Part shown: piece after piece, positions 1-8,162 of the stretch
Position numbering within the stretch: the first letter of the stretch is position 1
How the letters are laid out: each line of letters begins with the position of its first letter
Assembly: GCA_036505875.1 (NCBI GenBank)
Contig: DASXSR010000324.1
Location: forward strand, 2,225-66,224
DNA length: 64,000 nucleotides
Source: Blastocatellia bacterium
GTDB taxonomy: Bacteria; Acidobacteriota; Blastocatellia; UBA7656
Direction of reading: 5' to 3'
Notes under the pieces: model-generated
The model's input: the letters and a program-made list of their open reading frames with translations, nothing else
What the model was told of the DNA's origin: nothing
Database searches by the model: none
Position numbers and translations under genes: made by a program

Positions 1-210
1 TTGATCGTCCCGCTTGGCGTACTCGGCATCGCCGCCCGCCGGCGAGCAATGCGACATGGGCCGCACGTTGGTCGTGTCAAGCTCGTTAAGCTTTTGCACA
101 TGCTCGAGGATCGAGCCGAGCTGTTGGGTGAACAGATCGGTTTCCTCCGCGGTGAGATCGAGTCTCGCAAGCTCAGCGATTTTCTCCACGTCGGCTCTAT
201 CAATCGCCAT
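1..210 (-). CDS. gatC: Asp/Glu-tRNA amidotransferase subunit C (GatC); 3' end runs off the window
   Basis: Absent from the ORF track because no stop lies in the window. The reverse complement from ATG (210-208) reads MAIDRADVEKIAELARLDLTAEETDLFTQQLGSILEHVQKLNELDTTNVRPMSH..., the canonical GatC N-terminal pattern. Confidence 0.8.
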   Translation of the reverse strand, partial: MAIDRADVEKIAELARLDLTAEETDLFTQQLGSILEHVQKLNELDTTNVRPMSHCSPAGGDAEYAKRDDQ

Positions 211-290
211 ACAGTCTCCTGTAGGAGCGCTCCATGAACCAAACGATTATAGGAAGCGTGTGACCCTCTATCAAGGACCGACGCTGAGGA

Positions 291-328
291 CAAAAAAGAA
301 GCGCACCAGCCGCCTTGGCTGGTGCGCT
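291..328 (-). terminator. Rho-independent terminator of TBDR-1
   Basis: GC-rich stem AGCGCACCAGCC (300-311) pairs with GGCTGGTGCGCT (317-328). On the minus strand it is followed by TTCTTTTTTG (complement of 291-300). It lies 24 nt past the TBDR-1 stop at 352. Confidence 0.65.
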
Positions 329-351
329 CCGGTGAGACCATTTTGCGACTC

Positions 352-3300
352 TCAGAAGATGAACTTCATCGCAAACTGAATCTGGCGCGATGAACCCGAA
401 TCGCCGGTCGGGAAGCGCGTATTCGTTATCGTCCCAAAAGTTGCGGATCCCGGCACGGCAACTCGAACCGGCTGGCCGAAGTTTGCGTGGTTGAAAATGT
501 CGAAAACTTCGGCGCGGAATTGCATCCTGACCCTTTCGACAATCTTGGTAGTCTTGAGCACCGAGAAGTCGGTATTGCTGAAGCCCGGACCGGTGAGAAT
601 ATTGCGGCCCAGATTCCCGAAGTGGAAAACGCCAGCTGCTGAGACCGGCAAGGCGAATACCGTTCCCGGCGCGCAACTCGTCCGCGGGTCGCACACCGTG
701 TTTGTGAACCACTGGTTCGGGTGCCCGAGCACCGTTAGCTGTCCGATCAGGTCCGGCCTCAACGTCGCCACGCCGGTGAACGTATTGATGTTCGTGACTA
801 TTGTTACTGGGTTGCCGCTCTGCAACTGGGTGATGCTGGAAAGCTGCCACCCTTCGGCCAGTCGATTTCCGTGGAACGGAAGCTGGTAAATCCAGTTGAT
901 CACAAACCGATGGCGGGCATCGAAGTCCGACAGCCCGCGATCGCCGCGGATGTTGAAGCTGTCCTGGACAACTGTGCCCTGTGAATTGAGCGAGTTATAG
1001 TCCAGCGACTTGGACCAGGTGTAGGACGCGTTGAACTGGAGCCCGCGAGTCAGCCGCTTGTTCGCCGCGACCCATAGCGCGTTGTAGCTGGAGTTGGCGC
1101 CGCTGCCAATCTCGGAGATGTTGCCAAGCGTCGCGCCCGGCAGAATCGGACTCGAGGCGGAAAGAGCCGGGAAGGGCCTTACGCCGTTTCGAAACTGATT
1201 GATGTTGCGTTGTATTCGAAGGTGAGTGCCTTTTGATCCGAAGTAGCCGACCGTCAATCCGAGGCTTGGGGTAAGTTCACGCTGGACGTTGACGTTCCAT
1301 GACTGAACGTAGGCACTGTCGAAGCTATGATCGACTGTGGCGGGTGCGAGACCCGCAGATTTTGCGACCGTGACCGCATTGCTGAGCTTGATGGTTCCCG
1401 TGAACGTAAGCGGCGTTGCAAGCGGAGGGTTTCCCGATGCGGGAGTGACGAGATTTGTGACCGGCTGGTCGGCCAGTATCGAGTACGCGGCGCGCAAGGA
1501 CGTCTTGCCGTCACCGAACGGGTCCCACGCGATCCCCAGCCTAGGCTGAACGTTCTTGTTGCCGGTGTGATAAATCTGATCGATCCCCGATCCGACTCGT
1601 ATAAGCGAGTCGTTTCCGGGATCGAAGATCACAAAGCGATTGAAGCGCTCGGTTGGGGACATCAGCCAATCGTAGCGCAAGCCGAGCTCGAGCGTCAGAT
1701 TCGGCCTCGCTTTGAAGCTGTCCTGAACGAAGAAGCCGAGCGCGCCTTGGGCGATGCTGCTGGAGACGTCCCCCAACGTAATGCTGAATGCATTTGCATT
1801 GCCCGCCAAGAAAGCTGCAACGTTGGGAAACGTAAACGTTCCCGGCGTCTTGCCGAAGTTGTTGTTGAAGAAGCGGCGCCACTCGCCGCCAATCTTGAAC
1901 GAGTGCTTGCCGTGCAGGTAACTGGCGGTGTCTGACACAACGTAAGTTACATCGCCTCGGCCTTGCGGGAAGCCGGCGGGCCCTCCAAAGTTGAAATTGA
2001 AACCGGTGATGCTGATCTGCGGCAGCGCCAGCGGCTCGGTCACTCCGCTGTTGATTCCGAAATCGGCGGCGCTGACCACGAGGTTGGGGTTGAAGGTGAT
2101 GTGGATGCGGTTGAGGCCCAGGCGCGCTTCGTTGACCAGATTCGGCCCGAACGAGTGCACTTCATTCAGCGTGAATATCTGGCGCCGCCCTTGACGCGTG
2201 TCGCCGAAGCCGGGGAACGTGTTGCCCTGAAGCGTGGGCTCCCCTCGCAGATCGCGCTGGAACGCGTAGTAGCCGTGCAGCCGATCATCCTTGCCGAGAA
2301 CGTAGTTCGCGTCGCCGGTCCACTGGTCGATGTTCACCGGGGCTGTCGCGGACCCTAGAAACGCTGCGCCGCCCGTCGAGTTCACCGCGTTGGGCGGAGG
2401 AATCAGAGTGAGCAGCTTAACTATCGAAGGATCAGTAGCGCTGGCGCGCTGCGCGGCGGTGAGGTCGTTGCTGTTAATCGTTATCCCCTGCCTCTGGCGA
2501 AGTCCTTCGTAACTGAAAAAGAAGAACATTCTATCCTTGCGAACAGGTCCGCCAACCGCTCCGCCAAACTGGTTACGCTTGAATGGACCTTTCTTTGCGC
2601 CGTCGAAAAAGTTGCGCGCGTCCAGCGCGTCGTTGCGGATGAACTCGAATGCTTCGCCATGAAACGAGTTCGTGCCTGACCGCGTGGCGATGTTTACGAT
2701 TGCGCCCGAGTTGCGGCCGTATTCCGCGCTGTAAGTGGAGTTGTCGACTTTGAATTCCTGCACCGTGTTAATCGACGGCTGGAACGTGATTTGGTTCTGA
2801 ACCATGTCGTTCAAGTTGATGCCGTTAATCATGAAATTGACGGTATCCTCGCGCTGGCCCGCAGTGTTGAACGCAAATGATCCTTGCCCACGCAGCGGCG
2901 CGGTCAGAAATCCGTTCTGCGGCGGCGTCACCGAGCCCGGTATCAACAACCCCAGATCGACGAAGTGACGCCCGTTGAGCGGAATCTCCTGCACGGTCTT
3001 CTGATTGATGACCTGTCCCACGGTGATCGTAGCCGTTTCGACCACCGGAGCTTCGGCGGTGACGGTCACAGCTTCCGCAGCCCCGCCAACTTTGAGCTGG
3101 AAGTTCTGCACAACCGTCTGGCTCACTTCCATCGTCAATCCACTAACAACCGCTTTCTGAAACCCGGTGGCCTCGACCTCAATGCGGTACGTGCCGACTG
3201 GCAGCGCGGCGATCTGGAAACTGCCGGAGCTGTCGGTTTGCGTAGTCCGCTCGACGCCGGTCGCCTCGTTGTGCGCGCTGACCTTCGCATTAGCAACTAC

Positions 3301-3435
3301 GCCTCCTTGAGAATCAACCACTGAGCCTTGAAGCGTAGCGGTAGATTGCGCGAGTGAAATCGAAGCAGAAATCGAAAGTAGAAGTAACGCCGTCACACAG
3401 GCGACGATCCTGCGCGACCGAATCTTCCTAAACAT
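352..3435 (-). CDS. TonB-dependent receptor-like outer-membrane protein with N-terminal carboxypeptidase-regulatory-like domain (TBDR-1)
   Basis: Track ORF is 352..3465. Start moved to ATG 3435, which has GGAGG 6 nt upstream and gives the signal peptide MFRKIRSRRIVACVTALLLLSISASISLAQS. An Ig-like CarboxypepD_reg pattern is present (LQGSVVDSQGGVVANAKVSAHNEATGVERTTQTDSSGSFQIAALPVGTYRIEVEATGF), followed by a long barrel ending in an aromatic ...AMKFIF. Confidence 0.85.
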   Translation of the reverse strand: MFRKIRSRRIVACVTALLLLSISASISLAQSTATLQGSVVDSQGGVVANAKVSAHNEATGVERTTQTDSSGSFQIAALPVGTYRIEVEATGFQKAVVSGLTMEVSQTVVQNFQLKVGGAAEAVTVTAEAPVVETATITVGQVINQKTVQEIPLNGRHFVDLGLLIPGSVTPPQNGFLTAPLRGQGSFAFNTAGQREDTVNFMINGINLNDMVQNQITFQPSINTVQEFKVDNSTYSAEYGRNSGAIVNIATRSGTNSFHGEAFEFIRNDALDARNFFDGAKKGPFKRNQFGGAVGGPVRKDRMFFFFSYEGLRQRQGITINSNDLTAAQRASATDPSIVKLLTLIPPPNAVNSTGGAAFLGSATAPVNIDQWTGDANYVLGKDDRLHGYYAFQRDLRGEPTLQGNTFPGFGDTRQGRRQIFTLNEVHSFGPNLVNEARLGLNRIHITFNPNLVVSAADFGINSGVTEPLALPQISITGFNFNFGGPAGFPQGRGDVTYVVSDTASYLHGKHSFKIGGEWRRFFNNNFGKTPGTFTFPNVAAFLAGNANAFSITLGDVSSSIAQGALGFFVQDSFKARPNLTLELGLRYDWLMSPTERFNRFVIFDPGNDSLIRVGSGIDQIYHTGNKNVQPRLGIAWDPFGDGKTSLRAAYSILADQPVTNLVTPASGNPPLATPLTFTGTIKLSNAVTVAKSAGLAPATVDHSFDSAYVQSWNVNVQRELTPSLGLTVGYFGSKGTHLRIQRNINQFRNGVRPFPALSASSPILPGATLGNISEIGSGANSSYNALWVAANKRLTRGLQFNASYTWSKSLDYNSLNSQGTVVQDSFNIRGDRGLSDFDARHRFVINWIYQLPFHGNRLAEGWQLSSITQLQSGNPVTIVTNINTFTGVATLRPDLIGQLTVLGHPNQWFTNTVCDPRTSCAPGTVFALPVSAAGVFHFGNLGRNILTGPGFSNTDFSVLKTTKIVERVRMQFRAEVFDIFNHANFGQPVRVAVPGSATFGTITNTRFPTGDSGSSRQIQFAMKFIF

Positions 3436-3647
3436 ACATGCCTCCTTTTTGTTGGTGAGCGGCAAATCACGCCAATTAAGGTTTGTCTGAAACCCGCTTG
3501 GCGTCCCTTATTTTTTTGGGCGAAACCGTGCTCGACCCAATGACTAGACCAAATCAGCATAGCACGCAGGCTCTTCCACGCAAATCGAACAAGACATAGC
3601 CAAATTGTTCCAGTTCCTGCAATAACGAATTAAATACGCGGCTAAGG

Positions 3648-4604
3648 TTATCCGGCCAATATTGAAGCGGCTAGCAGGGGAATCATAATCTCGTGATGAC
3701 CGACGAACGAGAACCCGCGCCCGCTACCGGCAACCGGGCGGCGAACCACATTGGTCAAAGGTCGATACTGCTGGATGAAATCGAAGTTCGCGGTGTAGAA
3801 ATCTTCCAGCTTGAATCCGAGGTTGCGAACGACCGTGACCGTCTTCAAAAAGACTTCCGGCAGCACCACCGCCGAGCCTAGATTCAAGTAAACACCGCCG
3901 CCATCAAGCTCTCTGACGAGAGAGCACAACAAGCGGAAGTCGTTCTGGCTCGTTTGACCGATGCTGGCGCCGTCAGCCGAAGGGTGAATGTGAACGATGT
4001 CGGTCCCGACCGCAACGTGAACGGTCACCGGAACACCTGCTTCGTATGCCGCGTGAAGCAGCGACTTGTCAGGGTGCGGCGGCTGCATCCTTTGGAGCCG
4101 GCGGCCAACTGATTCACCCATTCCGATGCCGTCTTTCGCGCCGGCAACGACCGCCTCATTAACCAAGCGGCCGGTCTCCTCAGCCATCCCGAAGCTGCCT
4201 GAACCGAGCGTCGCGTCCACGTCTTCAGAGGTTGCGCCCACAAGCGCGATCTCGAAATCGTGAATCATTGCCGAGCCGTTCATCGCAAACGCCGTGATGT
4301 AACCTCGCTGCATCAGATCGATCAAGATCGCCGCTAGACCGGTCTTTATCACGTGACCGCCCATCCCGACGATGATCGCTCGCCGCTTGCGTTTTGCTGC
4401 TCTGATCAACTCGGCAAGTTCGCTAAGCTCGCGCGCGGCGAGAATGTTAGGCAGCCCATCCAGGAAATCTTTCAGCGATGAGTCAGAGGTCGGCGGCTTT
4501 GCGAAGTCATCAGCGGTAACCTTGCTCGGACGCGAATCGAGCGGATAAGTTTTAATCCCGGTGAGATCGATTGGCTCGACTTTGTATCGCGACTTCGTCA
4601 TCAC
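3648..4604 (-). CDS. Conserved protein, tentatively deoxyhypusine-synthase-like Rossmann family
   Basis: 318-aa ORF starting 3 nt after the gmhA stop. The segment GMGGHVIKTGLAAILIDLMQRGYITAFAMNGSAMIHDFEIAL resembles the DHS-family core. The function call is tentative. Confidence 0.5.
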   Translation of the reverse strand: MMTKSRYKVEPIDLTGIKTYPLDSRPSKVTADDFAKPPTSDSSLKDFLDGLPNILAARELSELAELIRAAKRKRRAIIVGMGGHVIKTGLAAILIDLMQRGYITAFAMNGSAMIHDFEIALVGATSEDVDATLGSGSFGMAEETGRLVNEAVVAGAKDGIGMGESVGRRLQRMQPPHPDKSLLHAAYEAGVPVTVHVAVGTDIVHIHPSADGASIGQTSQNDFRLLCSLVRELDGGGVYLNLGSAVVLPEVFLKTVTVVRNLGFKLEDFYTANFDFIQQYRPLTNVVRRPVAGSGRGFSFVGHHEIMIPLLAASILAG

Positions 4605-4607
4605 AAA

Positions 4608-5189
4608 TCACGTATTCGAACCTTTGTACAGCGCGTCCTCGACCAGTTCACAAAGGATATGTCCGATTGTAATATGAGTCTCTTGAATTCGCTGAGTCGA
4701 GCCGGCGTTCACGACGAGAGCCACGTCAACGGCCTTCGCCAATTTTCCACCGTCCCGGCCCGCCAGCGCAATGGTCTTGACGCCAAGCTCGCGAGCGGCT
4801 TCCACTGCGCGCAAAACATTGGGCGAGTTGCCGCTTGTGGAGATCGCCAGTGCCACATCGCCGCCACGACCCAGCGCGCGCAGCTGACGCTCAAACAACT
4901 CATCGAAGGACGAATCATTTCCAACGGAGGTGAGAATCGAAGTGTCGGTAGTAAGCGCCACCGCTGCGATTGGAGGGCGATCGTAGTTCAGCCGATTCAC
5001 AAGCTCGGCCGCGATGTGTTGGGCATCAGCCGCCGACCCTCCGTTTCCGAATGTCAGCACCTTGCCGCCCGCTCTGACCGACGAGATTATCAACTCTGCG
5101 GCGCGGGCGACCAGTTCAGCATTGGTGTCGAAGAAATTCCTCTTGGTCTCAATGCTTTCGCGCGCGATCTGATGAATGCGTTCTATCAT
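4608..5189 (-). CDS. gmhA: D-sedoheptulose-7-phosphate isomerase (SIS domain)
   Basis: 193 aa. GKVLTFGNGGSAADAQHIAAEL and AISTSGNSPNV are typical phosphoheptose isomerase motifs. Confidence 0.8.
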   Translation of the reverse strand: MIERIHQIARESIETKRNFFDTNAELVARAAELIISSVRAGGKVLTFGNGGSAADAQHIAAELVNRLNYDRPPIAAVALTTDTSILTSVGNDSSFDELFERQLRALGRGGDVALAISTSGNSPNVLRAVEAARELGVKTIALAGRDGGKLAKAVDVALVVNAGSTQRIQETHITIGHILCELVEDALYKGSNT

Positions 5190-5236
5190 CGTAGCGGTTT
5201 AGTTTATTGGCCGAGGTTTGATAAAACAAGCTCGCT

Positions 5237-5322
5237 GTTCGTAGTCCCGCCTTCAGGCGGAGGTTCGTACTTAACGAAGGGACATGCGATACAAACTTCC
5301 GCCTGAAGGCGGGACTACGAAC
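5237..5322. repeat. 86-bp nested inverted repeat (element D)
   Basis: Arm GTTCGTAGTCCCGCCTTCAGGCGGAGGTT (5237-5265) versus AACTTCCGCCTGAAGGCGGGACTACGAAC (5294-5322): 28 of 29 positions complementary. Each arm contains its own mini-palindrome CCGCC-TTCA-GGCGG. It lies in the divergent gmhA/bla-like intergenic region. Confidence 0.85.
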
Positions 5323-5402
5323 CGCAGTGAATTGACTTCGCTGATGCCGTCGTCTATATCTGACGTGCCGCGAAAGAAACTTAACGCCAGGAGAAAGCCG
5401 TT

Positions 5403-6344
5403 ATGTGCAAAGCTGTCGCGCGCTCGTTGTGTGTACTCATCAGCGTGTTCGTCGCAGTTCAGACTAATGTTGCATTTCAACAGCCTCAACAGGCGACACC
5501 TTTAGCGCGCTTGCAGGCGAACATCGAACGCATAACCCGCTCGGTCAACGCGAAGTGGGGAATCTACATCAAGTGCGTCGAAACCGGCGAAGAAATCGCG
5601 CTGAACGCCGACGAAACAATGGACACAATGAGCGTGATCAAGATACCGCTTATGGTGGAGGTCTTCCGACAGATCGAAGCCGGCAAGTTTTCGCTCACGG
5701 ATCGAGTGACGCTCAAGGAATCGGACAAGCGTCCCGGAACAGGCGTAATCCGCTCGCTGGACGCGGGAGCTTTGCTGACGATCAAAGACCTGATTACTCT
5801 TATGATAATCGTGAGCGACAACACCGCGACTGATCTGCTTTATGAAAAGGTCGGCGGACCAGAACCGGTAAATAAGATGATGCAAAGCTATGGTCTCAAT
5901 TCGATAAAAGCCACAGGCACAGCCGACGTTTGGTTCAAAGCGATTGCCGCCGAACCAGACCGATGGAAGTTTCACACCGAAGGCAAGACGCCTTTTGGCT
6001 TGTCGTCTCCGCGTGATATGGGCAAGCTGCTGGAAAAGATTCACAAAGGAGAAGCGGTGAGCAAGCAGGCCAGCGAGCATATGCTTCAAATCATGCGCGG
6101 ACAGGTTTACAGCTCGCGATTGCCGAAGTACGTGACGGGCTTTCGAGTGCCACACAAGACTGGAGACTTTCTGCCTTACATCGGCAACGACGTCGGAATC
6201 CTCGAAAGTCAAAACCGGCACGTCATCATTTCTGTCTTTACGGCTCGTCACAACGGCATCGGTGCGAACCTCGAAGATGCGATCGCGCGCACAGCCGAGC
6301 AAGTCGCGAACTACTTCAGTTGGCGGGAAGTCATTATCAAATAG
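5403..6344 (+). CDS. Class A beta-lactamase-family serine hydrolase
   Basis: 313 aa with an N-terminal signal-like segment. The ordered motifs S-V-I-K (SxxK), S-D-N and K-T-G are all present. Confidence 0.8.
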   Translation: MCKAVARSLCVLISVFVAVQTNVAFQQPQQATPLARLQANIERITRSVNAKWGIYIKCVETGEEIALNADETMDTMSVIKIPLMVEVFRQIEAGKFSLTDRVTLKESDKRPGTGVIRSLDAGALLTIKDLITLMIIVSDNTATDLLYEKVGGPEPVNKMMQSYGLNSIKATGTADVWFKAIAAEPDRWKFHTEGKTPFGLSSPRDMGKLLEKIHKGEAVSKQASEHMLQIMRGQVYSSRLPKYVTGFRVPHKTGDFLPYIGNDVGILESQNRHVIISVFTARHNGIGANLEDAIARTAEQVANYFSWREVIIK

Positions 6345-6382
6345 CCTCAGCGAAGGCGACGATCGCGAGGATTTATTTTCTC
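6345..6382 (+). terminator. Intrinsic terminator after the beta-lactamase-like gene
   Basis: Stem CCTC(a)GCGA (6345-6353) pairs with TCGCGAGG (6363-6370), with a 9-nt loop, followed by ATTTATTTTCTC. It overlaps the stop of the convergent ORF. Confidence 0.55.
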
Positions 6383-6675
6383 GCACGCTTTAGAAGTTCT
6401 AGTATCTCGGTCGGACCGGAACCTTGACCGCCACCAGAAAGTAGGGAGACAGCCTGAAAGCCGTCCACAACGTAGCCTTGTTCAGCAAGCCTGTTAATCT
6501 GAGTGTCCACAAAACCCATATAGGACCTAGTGCCATAAACAAACTTGTGTTCCCATATCACTCCCAGATTAGTCGAAGCCGCTTGCTGCCGCGGCGTCAA
6601 GACGGCTGAACTCTGACGCACATGGGCTGAAAGCAAGTCAGGACCCAAGGCAGTTACTCCACGGCAGAACTCCAA
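6373..6675 (-). CDS. DUF4177-like small protein (start uncertain)
   Basis: The C-terminal part IWEHKFVYG...INRLAEQGYVVDGFQAV...ILELLKRA fits the DUF4177 pattern. The track ORF begins at TTG 6675. A well-placed SD plus ATG sits at 6706 but in another frame. Confidence 0.45.
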   Translation of the reverse strand: MEFCRGVTALGPDLLSAHVRQSSAVLTPRQQAASTNLGVIWEHKFVYGTRSYMGFVDTQINRLAEQGYVVDGFQAVSLLSGGGQGSGPTEILELLKRARK

Positions 6676-6748
6676 CAGTAAGAAGCGTAAGGTGTTTCTT
6701 TGTCATACTCGGAACCTCCTCGTTCTGTTCGTAGTCAGTCGATCACAT

Positions 6749-7279
6749 CTAGTGCGAAGTTAGATTACACCTAATGGTACTTTGACCGGCGCTCTTGGAT
6801 TCGACTAATTCGTGAAACTTTTTTCGTGCCTTCACGTGCAAGTCATCCCACTCGAGCATCCACCACCACGGCGCGCTCTCCTGTCGCGCTACGAAGTTTG
6901 AAACCTGATCCCACGTTACGAGTCCCAGCCGCTCGACAAAGTATCTCGGAAGAAGCAGCGGCGAGAAGCCAACTTGCATCCAGTCGAGCAGCCCATCGCC
7001 GCCCGAGGTCAAGAAGTCTGATGTGTTTCCGTAGACGACACGATGAGGTTTATGTTCATCCAGGAAGCGACGTACCGAGGGGAGCACTTCGCTTCGGAGC
7101 CAGTTGGCGCTGTCAGTCTCGAACGGCGTCCAATAGTCTCTTGCCGCAAGAACTGAATCGACGGACACAGGCTCGCCTCGCCTCACCACGCCGCGTTCTT
7201 CGAGCCACCACACTGCCCATCGGTATCCGGCGTCGACGTAGACCTTGCATTCGGTGCATGCGAAATAGATGTTGGACAT
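6749..7279 (-). CDS. Hypothetical Trp-rich protein
   Basis: 176-aa ORF starting 11 nt downstream of the OMP gene on the same strand. No motif recognised. Confidence 0.6.
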   Translation of the reverse strand: MSNIYFACTECKVYVDAGYRWAVWWLEERGVVRRGEPVSVDSVLAARDYWTPFETDSANWLRSEVLPSVRRFLDEHKPHRVVYGNTSDFLTSGGDGLLDWMQVGFSPLLLPRYFVERLGLVTWDQVSNFVARQESAPWWWMLEWDDLHVKARKKFHELVESKSAGQSTIRCNLTSH

Positions 7280-7290
7280 CGGTGACCTCG

Positions 7291-7866
7291 TCAGACTTTT
7301 CCAAAGCGCAAGACTATGCCGCAGGAGAATCGGTACTGCCTGGTCGAATAACTCTCCTGCAGAAAGGTCTGCGAATAGTCAGGAACTTTGGTGTGAAAGA
7401 TCAGGTCGAACTGAGCGATTCGCAACGCAATGTTTCTCGTCAACACGATATCGGCGCCGCCGCCACCGGGCGCGAAGGTGAACCACACGCGTTGTTTTGG
7501 GGCGATTTCTTGATCGCGAAAAAGCGGCGGATGTCCAAACGATACTCCGTACAACGTGTGCGCGAACAAGACAAGTCTTCCAATCTGAAGCGAGGTCCGG
7601 AATCCAGCCATAGCGACATTGGTTTTAGTCGTCGCTTCACCAAGCGATCCACGGTGAGAACTGAAATCCGCGACGAGGTCGACCCAGCCTAGCGCTGAAT
7701 TCACCGTGACCATGGCGTGCCAGCCATTGGCTGTGAGATTTTCATCAGGGAGCCGGACTCGCGTGTAAGACACACCGCCGAACACCTCAACTTTGGGCCT
7801 GTCCTGCGCGTGGATCTTCGGCGAGAGAAGCAGCGACAATCCCACAAGGACGATCAAATTTGTCAT
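7291..7866 (-). CDS. Outer-membrane beta-barrel protein (OmpW/porin-like)
   Basis: Signal peptide MTNLIVLVGLSLLLSPKIHAQ. Alternating beta-strand pattern with a C-terminal aromatic (..IVLRFGKV). GGAGGTGA lies 8 nt upstream of the ATG. Confidence 0.7.
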   Translation of the reverse strand: MTNLIVLVGLSLLLSPKIHAQDRPKVEVFGGVSYTRVRLPDENLTANGWHAMVTVNSALGWVDLVADFSSHRGSLGEATTKTNVAMAGFRTSLQIGRLVLFAHTLYGVSFGHPPLFRDQEIAPKQRVWFTFAPGGGGADIVLTRNIALRIAQFDLIFHTKVPDYSQTFLQESYSTRQYRFSCGIVLRFGKV

Positions 7867-8162
7867 TCCCGGTCACCTCCGTTCTGACTGCGGGTCAAAA
7901 GATGAACGACAGACCGAGTTGTCCACTGATCCAGCCTTCGCGGTCGCGTTGATAGTAGCTTTGTCATGGGGATCTCCCTGGTTAATGAGGCGGTTGTTTC
8001 TTTTGCTTGCGCGACTGCGACTCAGCTAAAATGTGCGCGTCGTCGAGACCGCCCGAATCTGATTCGCCACTTCGAATCGAGCACACGATACCGAGCGTTC
8101 GGTTCGGAAGTCCTCAGAACGGGCTCAATTTTCCATCAAAGAGGTTTCTCAAAGGCAACCTT

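Noticed and set aside
200-3324. Numerous 60-216-aa ORFs on both strands inside TBDR-1 (e.g. 200..850 -, 1327..1935 +, 2884..3324 +).
   Set aside because: They are all nested in, or antisense to, a 1027-aa ORF with clear domain structure. They have Arg/Pro/Ser-rich shadow-frame composition typical of GC-rich DNA.
5235-6736. Shared 12-mer CTGTTCGTAGTC at 5235-5246 and 6725-6736, which might hint at a second copy of element D.
   Set aside because: Many 12-mer coincidences are expected in a window this size, and the match does not extend.
7866-7970. 34-codon upstream ORF (ATG about 7967, minus strand) whose TGA overlaps the OMP start codon.
   Set aside because: The OMP gene has its own strong SD. 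The uORF peptide is basic and low-complexity, and there is no independent support.
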